Shown here: positions 35,986 to 49,036 of the stretch, piece after piece
Layout: every line of letters starts with the position of its first letter
Numbering within the stretch: the first letter of the stretch is position 1
Source of the DNA: Ginglymostoma cirratum
Lineage: Eukaryota
Reading direction: 5' to 3'
NCBI GenBank assembly: GCA_024137785.1
Contig: JAHRHZ010000116.1
Coordinates: forward strand, 124,001 to 188,000
DNA: 64,000 nucleotides
Position numbers and translations under genes: made by a program
The notes under the pieces: model-generated
Seen by the model: only the letters and a program-made list of their open reading frames with translations
The model's database searches: none
Told to the model about the DNA's origin: nothing

Positions 35986-38149
35986 CTGAAAGTGAGACTC
36001 ACGAAAGCGATAATACTATCATAACAGATTGATTAAGTAATTAAGGAGAGATTCATGAATTAAACGTAGTGTAAAATGCTCTTATTGTATATCTTTCACA
36101 TAAACAAAAGCAGTTGCACATCGTTACCTTGAATCTGCAAAGCTACTATTGTTCGATTTGTGAATACATCATTAATCAAATACATCCCAGCTCTCAATGG
36201 TACTGTCAGATATTTTCTAAAGTTCATTCCTTGTGTACCTGTCGGCCATTTTGCGTTGGTCAGCCATGGGCAGACCGAACAGCCTTTCTCTGGTGGAAAA
36301 TTCCACTTTATTATTCAAGGTCACTGCAGTATTTTGTAAGCCATTTCAGTGAAATATACTTTCGTGCTTTGAATCAAGTTCTTTTCGAGTCAAGACATTG
36401 AACAAATTTTACACGCAACTTCTCATCATTTATCGCCCGGGGACTTGAATCAGACGAGTTGAACGACACCTTTATTGCCACAGCCTATTCACTGGAACCC
36501 TCCAAGCAGACATTTATTAGCATCAGTCTGTTCTGAAACATTCTGGAGTACATCTGTTGAAGAACATCATTTATCACACGTTTGTTTAATTCATATTGAA
36601 ACCCGTGGCGACAATATGGACCGTTTTGAAGTTTAGAGAGAAGAAAAAGAAATCTGGGGAAAGTGGTTCTGATGTGAAGGGCACGCACACAAGCTTGTAC
36701 AAGTCATGTCGCAAAGGTTACTGTCAGCATCACTGGTTTTCCACTGCTGCGAATTCAGAGCTTGCATCGTCCAGGCCTGAAGACAACTTCCTGTTCAGAA
36801 ATGATGATTTCTTTCTCTTGTGTGAATTATCCGAATGGAACCTGGTTACAATCTGATCACTCATCCTGACAATACCAGAATCAGGGGAGTGAGTATTTTC
36901 TCCCATTTAACACAATAATGGTAGTTGATAAATGAAAAATTACCATCCACAAGTTCCACTCCAAGCCACTCCCCATTTTGAGTTGGGAATATATCTTTGT
37001 TCCTCAGTGTCACCGAATCTAAATCTTGGAATCCACTCCCTAACGACAACATGGCTGTACCCCAATTCCAATCAGTTCAAGAGTACGAGAAAGTATAGAA
37101 TAATTAAGTGAATTCTCTCTGGTGCTATTATTAAATGAATTCTTGCCGAGTCAGTTATCGCTTAACTGTGGATGATAAAGCTGTTCCCAATACCTTCCCA
37201 AATTTCTGATGTCAGTTATTTTTTTTCCCCCATTGACGATATTTCCATTCTGAAATGACAGAATAGTAAGTGGCGTTCGCTCCAGCAACACTTTCTGAGC
37301 GTTTTAGTCAAACACATTGTATAATATACATAATATAGAAGAAAACATCCAAGATATATAATTTCATGAAGCCTCACACTGAGCTACACATTAAAAGGTA
37401 ATTCGCCAAAAGTGTTCTGGACTATAGGGTTGCTTTCTCATTAAATAATGAAGTAACTAATGAGATAGCCACACCTCAGATAAAGCGAGAGTTCGGGTAG
37501 GATGGCTTTTAGTGGTAACCTCAGATATTTTGAAAACTGAACTCACAGTGTTGGTGTTATCATGACAAGTGGTAAACAATCAGAGAAAGGTTGCATGCTT
37601 TCATAATTATTTTCAAGGAGGAAAATATAGATTTCGCGTTCCAACAAGCAGCAAAGTTTCCTGTCATTGTCTGAACGCATTGTTTGTATTCCACAGAAAT
37701 CTTCACGTAACTGAAGAATCATTTAAGTGAGCATTTGAGATGTTAGAGGAGAAAGGACTGCGGAAATTGGGTTTAGAAGCGATACATGTTTGATTATTGA
37801 CGTTGCCTTAATGGCCTGTTCTTGCTGCTGAAAACTCAGTGAATCTCTGTCGCTTTGCACCTTAAATAAAAAGTCAAAAGAAGTGTCAACAAGAAAAGCT
37901 GGGAGCAGCGTGCATGTGTTATTTGGTGGTGCAGTGGTGGGATTCTGCTGTCTTACTGCTGATTCCAGTGATTGATTCCTGGTTGGGGAAACAGGTTTTA
38001 TTGTTTCTGTACAAACTATTAACATGAAAATAATTCCTGACATTAAAAAAAAGCAAAGAGAGCGCCTCTGTCTGAATCAGTGTGTTTCACATCGGGGAGA
38101 AAAGAAAATAGGAGAAAGGACTAAAATACATTATCTCGAACATTCAGCC

Positions 38150-38530
38150 ATAGAAGGACAACAATTCAGCCCCTTCGCGAAGCAGACAGGTTTTTGACAT
38201 TTTATAAGTGGAAAGGTTTGTTCCCCTTCTGGTACGCTTCAGGAACAGAGTGTAAAATATCGGAACAAAAGCTGATACATCTAAGAGAGAGATCAGGATG
38301 TTTTTATTCTCTGAGAGTTGTCAATCTGTGGAATTCTTTACAGTGGACAGCTGCAGTGGCTAGATTTTTAAGTATATTCACGGCTGAAATTTAAAAAAAA
38401 TGTTCATGAAGTTGATCAAGCGTTAAGAGGAAAGGCAAAAAAGTGAAGTTGAGGATGATGAGATCTGATACGAGCTCATTGAATGGAACAGCAGACTCGA
38501 AGGCTGAATGGCCTCTTTGTACTCTTAAAA
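38150..38530 (+). mobile_element. CR1 3' end fragment
   Basis: FYSLRVVNLWNSL motif and 'tcgaaggctgaatggcct' 3' UTR. Confidence 0.7.
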
Positions 38531-39579
38531 TTTATTGGTTTAAAATGAGACTGCAAATTTAACCTGAGTAAAGTTTTCCGACTTTAAAATGAATGTATCC
38601 ACTTGGGATATTGAACTATGGTGAGACACACAGACGGCACACAAGAAAAAAAAAATACTCATTGCTTGGAGCTATTGCTGTGTTAATGTAAGCAGTAAAA
38701 TTCGGTACGGTCTTCAGCACCCACTTTTCATAAGCATATTTATTCCATTACATCTCCTGTCAGGGAAGAATTATCTGCATTTTTTTCCAATGAGGACAGT
38801 GAGCTAAAATACCATTGTACCTTTGATTAATTAGATAGGTTTTCGCTGAGAGCTGAATGGTGCGAAAACTGTTGGGTGGCAGACCTCTCTCTCTTTCTCA
38901 AATGAAAGTTGACTTTCCCCGATTTCCCAAGTGTCCTCGTCTTGACATATTTAAATTCTTATAACGATTGTTTTCAGGTTTACAGCACCACCCAATTTAA
39001 ATTAAATTGGCACTCTGTAGCTAGGTGCTTCGTTTTAACTAATTGGTAGAAATCAACCTCGTTGTCACGATATCAAAACAAGGACGCTGTTTTGACTGCC
39101 TCCAGTAAAGTGTTTTTGATACACCTGTTTCATGTTTTGAGGCTCTATGTACTGGCAACATCAGCTACTGATCACATACAATCATTTTGGAAAAAACATA
39201 TAAGTATAGACAAAGCACAAACCTCTTAAAGGAACCACGCATTCTAACTTCCGGTCTTCCACTTCACAATTAGTTTACCCAACTTCGTAACAGTGAAAAA
39301 AAAATCGTGTGGATACATTCTATGGATATCGAACTCATTCGAAGCGTTGATTGTTTAAAACACCTCTGACTGGTCGCCTCGAAAGCTTCCTTAAAAAATG
39401 CCAATCCGTTCAATCTTTCCCAAAGGCTGTATATGTTTAAGTTTATAAATTCCAACTGCGTCAGTGAGATTGCGAAGCGATAAACTTTTCTCTGTTACAG
39501 TTTGCTATTTGCAGATTCTTCCCCTCTCATCTCCTGTAAAAGGAGTTTATAAAACCACTCTTGCTAAGTTCAGCTCTCC

Positions 39580-39900
39580 CTGTGTGTATCTGCTGTTTCT
39601 GTGTTCGTGTGTGCCCATGTGTGTGTGCATGTCTGTGCTGATATGTACTTGTGCGTCTGTCTTTATATGTGTGTATGTACATATGTCTGTGTCACTGTGC
39701 GTAAATATCTGCCTCTTTCTCTATTTATGTGTCTTTCTGTTGCTGTATCTATGTGCCTGTCTATGTCTGACTATCTGTGTTTGTAGGTATTTATGTGTGT
39801 AATCGTGTAGATTAGCGTGTTTATTAGTGCATGATTCAATATCTGTGTTTCTGTATGTGTGAGCGTTTGTGTGTGTACATGTATGTGTGCGTGTGTGCAA
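39580..39900. repeat. Degenerate TG-rich simple repeat
   Basis: Direct reading; explains the Cys/Val-rich spurious ORFs there. Confidence 0.85.
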
Positions 39901-41870
39901 TGCAGCACACTTTGTCCTCGAGGAAATCTTGAAGGAATGAATTAAAAGCTGGTGAAACGAATGCTCGGAATTCCTCTCTCCGTCTTCCTGACAATCCTGT
40001 GTTTGAAGGGATAAAATATCAACCTGTACTGACTTCCCCCCTTCATTGAAAGGTGATAAACTTTCTTTGGGGAAAACATCAAAGACTGTGAATCTCTACG
40101 GTTGTAAAGTTACATTGTTTTTCCAAGGCTGTCACTGGAGAAAAAAAAAAGACCAATAGTGCACAGCAGCATACACAATGACAGCAGAATTGACTGAAAT
40201 ACTGTGTCAGAGTGGAGATTCAAAAGGTGGTTAGATTTTACTGAAATTCATAGAAAACTGTGCAACATCTTTTATATTTTTAATGCATTTCAAATATTTC
40301 TGAAAATGTTCTACATTGTAATGTGTACCTTTTGATAAAACAAGGGGAAGACAATCATGTGGACACTCCATTTGAGCCAGACCAAAGAAAAAAATCAAAA
40401 CTTTATATTTTGATCTGTCGTACTCTTTCCCTGCATTATTGAATTCATTGTCGACTGTATGTATTGTCAGTTGATCACATTTCTCTTACGAGTATTAATC
40501 TTACGAGTATCAACCATAACTCTCGCCTTCGCTTTCAATTTCTCTGCACTCAGTCTTACGACATTTATTCCATAACTGTCGTAGAGATAAAAAAAAGAAA
40601 TAACTGCAGGCGAGCTAGATTAACTTCCGTAATTGTGGAAAATATCCAGAGTCCATTATATTGGATGTAACAGCATATCAGTTAGAAAGCCATAACATAA
40701 TCTAACAGAGTCAGTATATTTTCATTGGGAGGAAGGGGTGATCGTGAAACCTTTACTTTGATATTTAAAGAAATTCTAGAAGTAAAGTATCAAGGAGAAT
40801 AAGTAAAACATAAAGAAAATATGTGATATACGTCCATTTTTAAAAGAATTCTGCCACATCCTGAATAAAATGGGAGACCATGGTGTCACCGCGAATCGAG
40901 CACTGGCTATCGAACATGACATTACACGTTAAATCAAGTCCAAAATTTATTGTTACTTGCCGATACCGTCACCAAAGAAGAGTTTACCCAGATGATCAAA
41001 ACGTAGCCCTCAAGAGAAAAATACTAATAACAGCAAGCCCTCAAGAGAAAAATGCTAATCAGAGCATTTGGAAAAAAAATAATATCGTGATGCCTTTCAA
41101 AATCTACCACTTGCGCTTTTCCAATCTAGCACTTGTGCAGTAGCATCCATTTTTGAGAAGATGACAGGATTGACATTTAAATGACAAAAGGGAACAAACT
41201 GGAGAGAGGCTGTGAAACTTCAGTTCATTCAACCTTCAATCAAAATATTTAACATTGCTTGCAGTGGCGAACGCACAAGAATACAAAGCCATGTACATAT
41301 TCACACAGACACAACACACAAATTAAAGAAGAAAATGCAAAATACAACTTAGGAAATACGAAAGGATTCTATTGCCATATGAATACTAAAACAGTATTTT
41401 AAAAAGGGTTACTGTCGATCAGAGAACAAAATGGATATTAAACTTAAGCGCACGGGAGAAGGATGAAGTGTGAAATCATTATTTTTCACTTGTCGTGCCA
41501 AAAGGAGAGGGTGTTGTCAAGGTAGCTGAGGAGTAAATTGTCATCAGAAGAGATCAAAATTGATGACGACAAAGAAATGGACAGATTTTAACATCAGCTA
41601 GACAATTTGCATTCAAGGATTTTGAAGGCAGTGACTGTACAAATTTTGGAGATCTGGCATTAGATTTCACTCTTTCCTGGATGCAGGAAGATGCAATAAG
41701 ATTCTTTACATTAGCTGTGTTCCTCTCGCTATTGGAGGAACCAGATTGCCTCAGTTTCTCCAGCACATTCTATGTTTTATTATTGAATAACTGTTTCTGT
41801 TTTCGGTGTGAGAACACACTGTGATGGATACTATTTGGCAACCTTAGTGAGAGTCTTTTTTTTTGTGTGC

Positions 41871-42350
41871 GTGTGTGTGCAGGGTCCTCGACATCTGTGC
41901 AGCAGTATGTGTTCCAAGGTACAAGAGCTACAGGACGATGTCAGAGAGAAGGACTTCATCGATATTTAAAGCAAGCGGTTTGTTTAATTTGCAAATTAAC
42001 GGATAAACTTCCCGGTAAAGCTAACGTCTTCTCTTCATTCTGCGTGTTATATATCATCAGGGAAATTCTCTGACTTTCACATGGATATTGGATTTAACAG
42101 AACAAGGTTGAATGAGAGTGGACATTCAAGTAAATGTCGATCGATTTTATGCTCTCTCCCCACCTTGAACCAATAATTAAGATGGGTTTTTCGACAATGA
42201 AACTTTTCTGTTCGTTCCTGTGATGCAAACATACATTTTTTTCCAAAGTTCAGCAACAAATGAAACCCTTGGAGTATTCACAACCTAAGTTAAAACAGAT
42301 TCTCCAGACAGCAAGAAAATTGTTAAAAATAATGTGCTTGGTGAATTCAT
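41871..42350 (-). pseudogene. TCR V pseudogene (V-42k), inverted; same family as V-34k
   Basis: Leader 42350-42305 MNSPSTLFLTIFLLS with donor GT changed to GA (gagaatctg vs gtgagtctg in V-34k). Acceptor 42219-8; GTNRKVSLSKNPS*LLVQGGERA.., TLFC*IQYP.., ALNIDEVLLSDIVL*, CTL. Heptamer CATACTG 41909-41903. Confidence 0.85.
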
Positions 42351-42624
42351 GGTGTCTGGTTAAAAGGTGTAAAATACAAGGCAATCAGTCCTGTGCAAAT
42401 ATTCCGGGGTCTTAATACAGTGTATGAGAGATTTAATGAGCACGAGTAATAATCCACCAGCACGCGGCGGGAAAACCATTTCGAGTCTTCACTTTGACAG
42501 CAAACAGTACTGATGACAGATTTCATAATTCCAGAACTACCGTACCATTTACAGTTTGAAATATGAAAAACATCAAATCTTCTTGAAGTTGTTAATCCAT
42601 CACGACATCCATCACTACATAAAG

Positions 42625-42721
42625 AAAGAGAATGGAAAGAGAGTGAGAGACAGAATTGGAGAGAGATAGAGATAGATCGATAGATAGATCGACAGAGACA
42701 GGCAGAGAGAGAGAGAGAGAG
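42625..42721. repeat. GA/GATA-rich simple repeat
   Basis: Direct reading. Confidence 0.85.
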
Positions 42722-42764
42722 CAATCACTCTTTGTTTCGGTTGCAACAGACGCCTGTTTTGAGA

Positions 42765-42875
42765 CAGCCAATCCCTGATTGTGACGTTTATGTTGTCTTT
42801 TGTCAACATCCTATAATAAACCAATCGTTGCAAATGCCGATCGTCAGCCTCTCTCTGTACAGGAGAATATAAAGA
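42765..42875 (+). promoter_or_regulatory. Putative V-gene promoter
   Basis: CCAAT 42768-72 and 42821-25, half-CRE TGACG 42782-86 and CGTCA 42842-46, octamer-like TTGCAAAT 42828-35, TATAAA 42868-73; ~110 nt upstream of the leader ATG at 42984. Confidence 0.5.
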
Positions 42876-42983
42876 CGTCTTCTCAGTTCTCCCATCGCCA
42901 TCATTTAAATTCTTATTATCGACGGCGTGCCCTGTCCTGGAAACACCAACTGATTTATCGTCCCTCTGCCAGTTTTCATTAGA

Positions 42984-43410
42984 ATGAGCAGAAAGATCGG
43001 CAGACTTGCATTCCAGCTTGAAACGCTTATGATATTGGTTTTGTGTAAGTGTAGTTTTCTAATCAGACATCTTGTTTTGCTAATCCAAAAATATCTTATG
43101 ACGTTAGAATGATATTTCTTTGCTTACAGCTGTTCAGTGCGAGGATCGGAGGTCACAGGTTGATCACATGGTAACTATTGAAGGGGAACAGGTGGAACTG
43201 CACTGTCAGCTGTCCTTTGCGACTGGCAATACTATAAACTGGTACAAACAAATGCTGTCAGGGTTTCCGATATTTATCGACTCTTTATACAAGGGTATTC
43301 AGACTACTGGCCGTTACACGCTCTCTTTAGACCGAGTGAAGAAATCTAATATCATGTTCATCGAGGACACCGTCTTTGAGGACGCTGGAATGTATTACTG
43401 CGCGAAGAAC
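42984..43410 (+). CDS. Apparently intact T-cell receptor V gene segment (TRAV/TRDV-type; V-43k); exons 42984-43044 and 43130-43410
   Basis: Leader MSRKIGRLAFQLETLMILVL|GTAAGT (phase 1), acceptor ttacAG 43128-9, open exon SVQCEDRRSQVDHMVTIEGEQVELHCQLSFATGNTINWYKQMLSGFPIFIDSLYKGIQTTGRYTLSLDRVKKSNIMFIEDTVFEDAGMYYCAKN with both Cys, WYKQ and DxGxYYC. Confidence 0.92.
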
Positions 43411-43449
43411 CACAGCGAGTGCAAGTGCGGATCCTGTTGTACAATATCT
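43411..43449 (+). other. 23-RSS of V-43k
   Basis: CACAGCG (43411-17), exactly 23 nt, ACAATATCT (43441-49). Confidence 0.9.
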
Positions 43450-43499
43450 CGGCAGGGCCATGCCACCGCTGTCCGATGAAAATTTTCCATATTAGGTAC

Positions 43500-43880
43500 C
43501 TTATAGAGACTTATAAAGTTCTAACAGCACCAGGCAGTGTAGATACAGGGAGGATGTTCCCGATGGTGAGTGTGTCCAGAACCAGGTGACACAGGCTGAG
43601 GGTTCTGGATAAACCATTAAGGTCGGAGATGAGAATACATTTCTTCATCTAAAGAGTGGTGAGCCTGCGAAATTCATTGCCACTGGAAGTAGTTGACGTT
43701 AACAAACGGAATATTTTCAAGAGGTGGTTAGATTTAACACTTAGGGAGAATAGGAACAAAGGTTTTAGGGAGAAAGAAGGCTCAAGATTTTGAGTTGGGC
43801 GAACAGCCTTAATCGTGATGAATTGTGAAACAGGCATGAAGTTTCGAATGGCCTGCTCCAGCTCCTATGTGTTTCCATAG
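43500..43880 (+). mobile_element. CR1 3' end fragment
   Basis: Colinear with 10850-11225. Confidence 0.85.
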
Positions 43881-45949
43881 ATAGAGAGAGTGATAGATAG
43901 AAAGATACCACCTGTATTCGCACACATTGTATTGAAATGGCCTTGTATACATCATTATGCTAAGTTTGTTTGTGTTTATTCGAATTTGCAGCTACTTCGT
44001 GTCATTCAGATATATTTCAGATGTCTTTTTTTAGGAACTGTCAGGTCGTCTACTTCCGTTAAGCACAATGCTACTTTTCCCAAGAACAAATTTGCATTTT
44101 GATCAACGGATTTCTCAAATCCAGATTTGAGTCTCCACATTCAGGGAAACAAAGACAATTGAGAGAATGTTTGAAGCATTTGTGGATGGTGAGAAAAGAT
44201 TCGCTAGTTTCACTGTTTACCGAGTCAAACAGCCAAGAATGCTGGTGTAAAACTTCGAAATCAGCATTTTATCAGTATCAGGGATGGAATTATTGATATG
44301 AACTTGGTCTGATTGTTGTAAATAAATATATAAATTACGTTAGTGACTTGAATAAATCGTAGAATATAGACAACTAATTTCAGAATACAACTGAATGAGT
44401 AGTTAGCATAATAATCGAGTGATGCCATTCAACAATACTCGTGAAGACATTTTAAAGCCAATGTCTGAAAGAGTCTTTGCACTGAATACAACTGTAACAT
44501 ATTTTCCGTTACCACAATTTAAGGAACTGTAAGTTTACTTGTGACCTAGCCGACAGGTGGTATGTCAGGAAATGTCTCTGTGGACAACAAGTCACTTCAT
44601 GCAAGTAGTCAACGAGAATTGGGGGAATCTCCTAGGCTGTTTCAAGTCATGCTTAACAAAAAGAAAATTATTTGTGGTTGTTGGAGGTCAGTTATCTCAG
44701 CCCCAGAAGTCGATTTAACTCGTGCAAAGTACCACTGTTTTCATCTACTTCATCAATGTTACTTTTTCTATCATTGGATTGGAAGTGGAAGGTCCGGGGC
44801 GGAATTTACAGAGGCCGAAACAGCTCCCTGACGGGAACACGAAGACACCGCGGCTCGAGTATGTCCCATCCCCCACCCCCGAACTAAGTACTGATGAACT
44901 GTAAGTCTGTGACAGTTCATGGCTTCACCTATTTTCACTCGCCGTACCACCTTTTTCATGGCCTGAAGAAATGGAAACATTTGCTGACAATAGTACAGTA
45001 TCATTTTGTGATTCTTCAGTTGTTTGAACAATTCGTTTTGATATGCAGAAATAAAATGGCTGGCATTCAAAAGTGACTTAAACAGCTTCATGTGACATTC
45101 GCTACACACACGTGGCAGGTTGTGATCATCTTCTAAAAAGAAGAATCTCTCCATAATCCCTGATTGTCAATTGTATTGTCTTCGCTAAAGTCCACTACCA
45201 AAGTGCTGATCGCTTCTTCTCACGAGACACTGGACGAGACATGAAAATGTCTTGTCTACAAGAGTATGCCAGAGGGTAATAATAGCACAGGGATTAACTC
45301 ACTTTCTGACACCCAAAGATTGTTCATGATCAAGTAATCCTTTCTCTAGGAAATGAATGTATATACATTGTACCAATTTGTGATCCAATTACTGATCCCC
45401 GTGGAACCCCATTAGTTCCAGGAGGACAGGGTGAAAAAAAAGACTCATTTTCCCTGCTCAATATTTCCAGCCCATCAGCCAATTATCCACCGATGGCAAT
45501 ATAATAACTTCAGCACCGTGGGATCTTATTTCTCACATACTTTTGTGTATTACCTTGGAACACTGCAGTTCCAATAACACTGAGTAAATTCGAGACAATT
45601 CAGGACAAAACATATGAGTTTAAGTTATCTGAGGAGAACAGACTTTCACTGAGATGAAAATGTTTATTGTGACGTGACGTTAATTTTCTTTTAAAAATGT
45701 ATTTAATTTAGGTGAGTTGTAGTTGAGGGTCAGATAGATAACGTTCAATTTAGTTAAATACAGAAGTCGAAAATGAACACGTGACAGAGAACAATTTATA
45801 AAACTAGTTGCTTGTGTGAATAGTGATTGCACACATCAGTAAACTGGGCAAGGAAACCTACCCTGTTTCTGTTCAGCATTGTACGTTTTATCATCATCAT
45901 CTTTTAACAGGTTTTTTTGGTTCTCTCCGAACCAAGTCTCAATTGTTGA

Positions 45950-46340
45950 TGTTCTTAGATTTGAGAGTGCCCTCTCGTGACCATTAACTGGACTTCTCAA
46001 GGTGGTTTCTTGGACTGGACCTGATTTTTTTTTCTTCATTCACTGCATGGCACAGAGGTGCACCGCTTTGCCAGAGATGAGGATATTGCTGATATTTTGC
46101 TCGATGATCTTGTGAGCCTTATTATGCTGAGAGGAATATCAATCGCTGATGCAGTCGTCCGTGTGAACACAACTACCAACAATAACTTCGAAGGCTGCTG
46201 GGAAGCTAACTGCACCATAACACATTTGGATGAGAATCACATCTTTAAATTGCAGTTTGGGGCGACATTATGTGCCTCATCAAACGTCATTTCAGCATAC
46301 TGCTGTTTCATTTGTTCCCAATGGCTCCACTATGACTTAT
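45950..46340 (-). mobile_element. LINE RT fragment (CR1/L2 group)
   Basis: Similar to 57240-57830 and other LINE C-terminal fragments; degenerate. Confidence 0.4.
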
Positions 46341-46539
46341 GTAAAGCAGTAAAAAAAACGACAATCAACATCAGATTCATATTGATCAATATAATCTTCA
46401 CGTTCGAACAACAATAACAATGAGATCTTCTCTGAGAAGGAGGTTCTTTCTCAGAACGGATGCAATGATGAAGAACGGTGTGAGACATTTCGTCATGTTG
46501 ATTCCTGCTTATGAACCATTGCCGTGCAGAAAATTCCAT

Positions 46540-46800
46540 GCTAGTGTAGAAATATAGAGCTCTGTCCTACTGTGTTGCTCATTCAGTCAATAACAAGATT
46601 TGTGTTACGGCAAAATCTCTCCAAGAGCACACTTAGTTCAAAGAGAAGGAATAGAGCAGGAAATGGAAGCTGTGTACAGGCATACCATTGAATCTAAATT
46701 TAATGATGGGTGTGATGACTCACTGGCACACACTTGAGCTGGTTGAATGGAACCAATGACCATTGCATCTCCAATTTGTGATCTGTTCTCTCCACTTGGA
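46540..46800 (-). pseudogene. Possible decayed V relic
   Basis: LKC-13 residues-WY (IQWY at 46687-46682), ERF, NLVID and DRALYFYTS in the right order; the W-to-second-Cys spacing is short and no RSS is found. Confidence 0.3.
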
Positions 46801-49036
46801 AGGAATGACATATCATGTTTCAATATTCAACATGTTCATTAAATGCTACAGGCTGCTTTAACTTTTTCCGCATGGTGGTTGAACCAGGGGAAATAACATT
46901 TAAACATATCCGTGCCTTTTTCACTGTACTGGTTTGAGTAATGTTGAATAGTGCAGAAAGTGCAAAGCAGCAGATAATATAACATCTGGCCAAAGAACTG
47001 TTCCTGCTTCACACACGGAAACTAGCAAGTCTTTATTCTTTTAATTCGAGGAAAGATAAACTTTTTTTTTGTTATTTTAATTTAGATCTATCAAAACTTC
47101 GTTCAAACATTTTGCAACCAGAACATAAATAATGAAAGAAGCGACAGCAAAACGACATGAAAGAATGTAGTTTTCAAGGGTGGATAGTGGTGACACAAAA
47201 ATGAAACTGCTCCAATTAATCCAGACGTTTGGGTTAATATTCCACAGACAAATCGCCTGGCAGAGTGGAAATTCAGTCAGTCAACAACCTGCAATTAGCC
47301 AACCTCAGTAACAGTTGTCGTGAAAACTAGCTGAATAGTATGCAATGAAACCATTTAGTGAACGATTGATGCCAATGTTATCATGTTTGGCTTGCATGTG
47401 AATCCAGACGTAAGCAGTATTGTTGGTTCTTAACTGACCTCTGAAAAAGCTTTGTGAGGCATTCAGTTGAAGTGTAATTACAGAAGGACTAGCAATACTG
47501 CCTTTCACAGTGACAGCCAGGACACAGGAAGGAATAAAGTAAGAAGAAACAGTCGCACATTGAAGAACCATCATTGTATTAAAATTGTCTTTGGGTTACA
47601 GGTTGTATTTTAAAATACTTGAACTGTCACTGTTAATGGAACTATGAACGCACAGCTCTCTATGGAAAAGTTCTAAAGTCGTGTAGCTCTCTGAGAGACG
47701 CAAGTTTTCCTCATCTCTTTCTAACTTAGCGTCCTTTACTCTGATAATATGCCTTCTGGCCTTAGACTCTAGCATGAATGGAAACATCTTCTTAGCATTT
47801 ACACTGTCAATCCCTTAAGAATCCGATATATTTAAATAAGGTGACCTTTCATTATTCTGAGCCCTGGTGAGTGGACTCAAAACCTGTTATCTCTTGGTCA
47901 TTAAAAAAAAAGGTAGCCCCAGTCTAGGGATAACCCTAGTCAAACGTCTCTCAAATTACTCTAACATTTATTTTCCCTTCTCTAAATAAGGGGACCAAAA
48001 TTGCTCACAGTACTTCAGATGTGATCTCTCCAGCATCATATACATTTGCAGAAACCATTCCCCACTCTGAAAGGTCAAAACCCTTGAAATGAAGGCCAAC
48101 ATTCCAAAAGCTTTCCTGATTACCTGATGCACCATGATCAAAAACCAGGAAAGTGCAATGACGGAAATTTGGATTGAATTTGATTTTGGATTTTGGTGAG
48201 TATTTTCTGTAAGAAAGTGTTAGTCTGAAAACAAAAACAAAGAGATTTCTTCGACTTTGTAACAACTGTTGGTAACGTGTCTGCAATGTCACAATCACAT
48301 CAGATCCTTCCAAAGGAGGCAGCATCAATTGAAATGCATTCAAATGCCTTATGAGTTTATTGTCAACAGGTGAACGGGTAAATTATTATGGGTATCAACG
48401 GGTGATTTTGTTTTGGCAGAGCAGCTCGCACAATTTATAATTTCACTTCTGCTCGTAATCCGCCATTCCTATCCAATCTATCGTTCAGTTACAACTTCAT
48501 ACATGTTGTATGAGGCCCTCAGCTGATTGACCACATTGCTCTTTTTAAAACATCATATAGCACTGGAGCTCTAGAGGTCACTTTACACTAACTGTCAAGA
48601 GTTCAAATGTATCTACGCAGACATCTTAACGGGAATCTTTTACACTGATGCCTAGCATGATATGAGCTGTTACTCTTCACTCTGCCGAACTCCAAGACTG
48701 CAGTAATGGAAGGGACATCATTGGGTTAAATTTCTGCCCTGGTACTTGTTACATTTATTGTTGGCCCTCTAATATAAGGAACTGAAGAATAAACAAGCAG
48801 TGAGTCGTTGGATGTCACGTGCTGACTATATTCTCAATGAGCCAATCGGCAGAGGATCTGTATGTTACTTAGTGTTAACTCCATTTTACAGCGTAACAAT
48901 TTCTGAGTCATGTTATGCAAATTCGCATAACCTACCGACAAACATGTCTGTTACTTCATTTTTTTTCACAAATGCAACTCTTATAAATGAGAAATCATTT
49001 TACAATTATACACTTCAATATATAGGGGTCATTGAC

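Noticed and set aside
39464-39802. Cys/Val-rich ORFs (also 56474-56945)
   Set aside because: Translations of TG/CA simple repeats.
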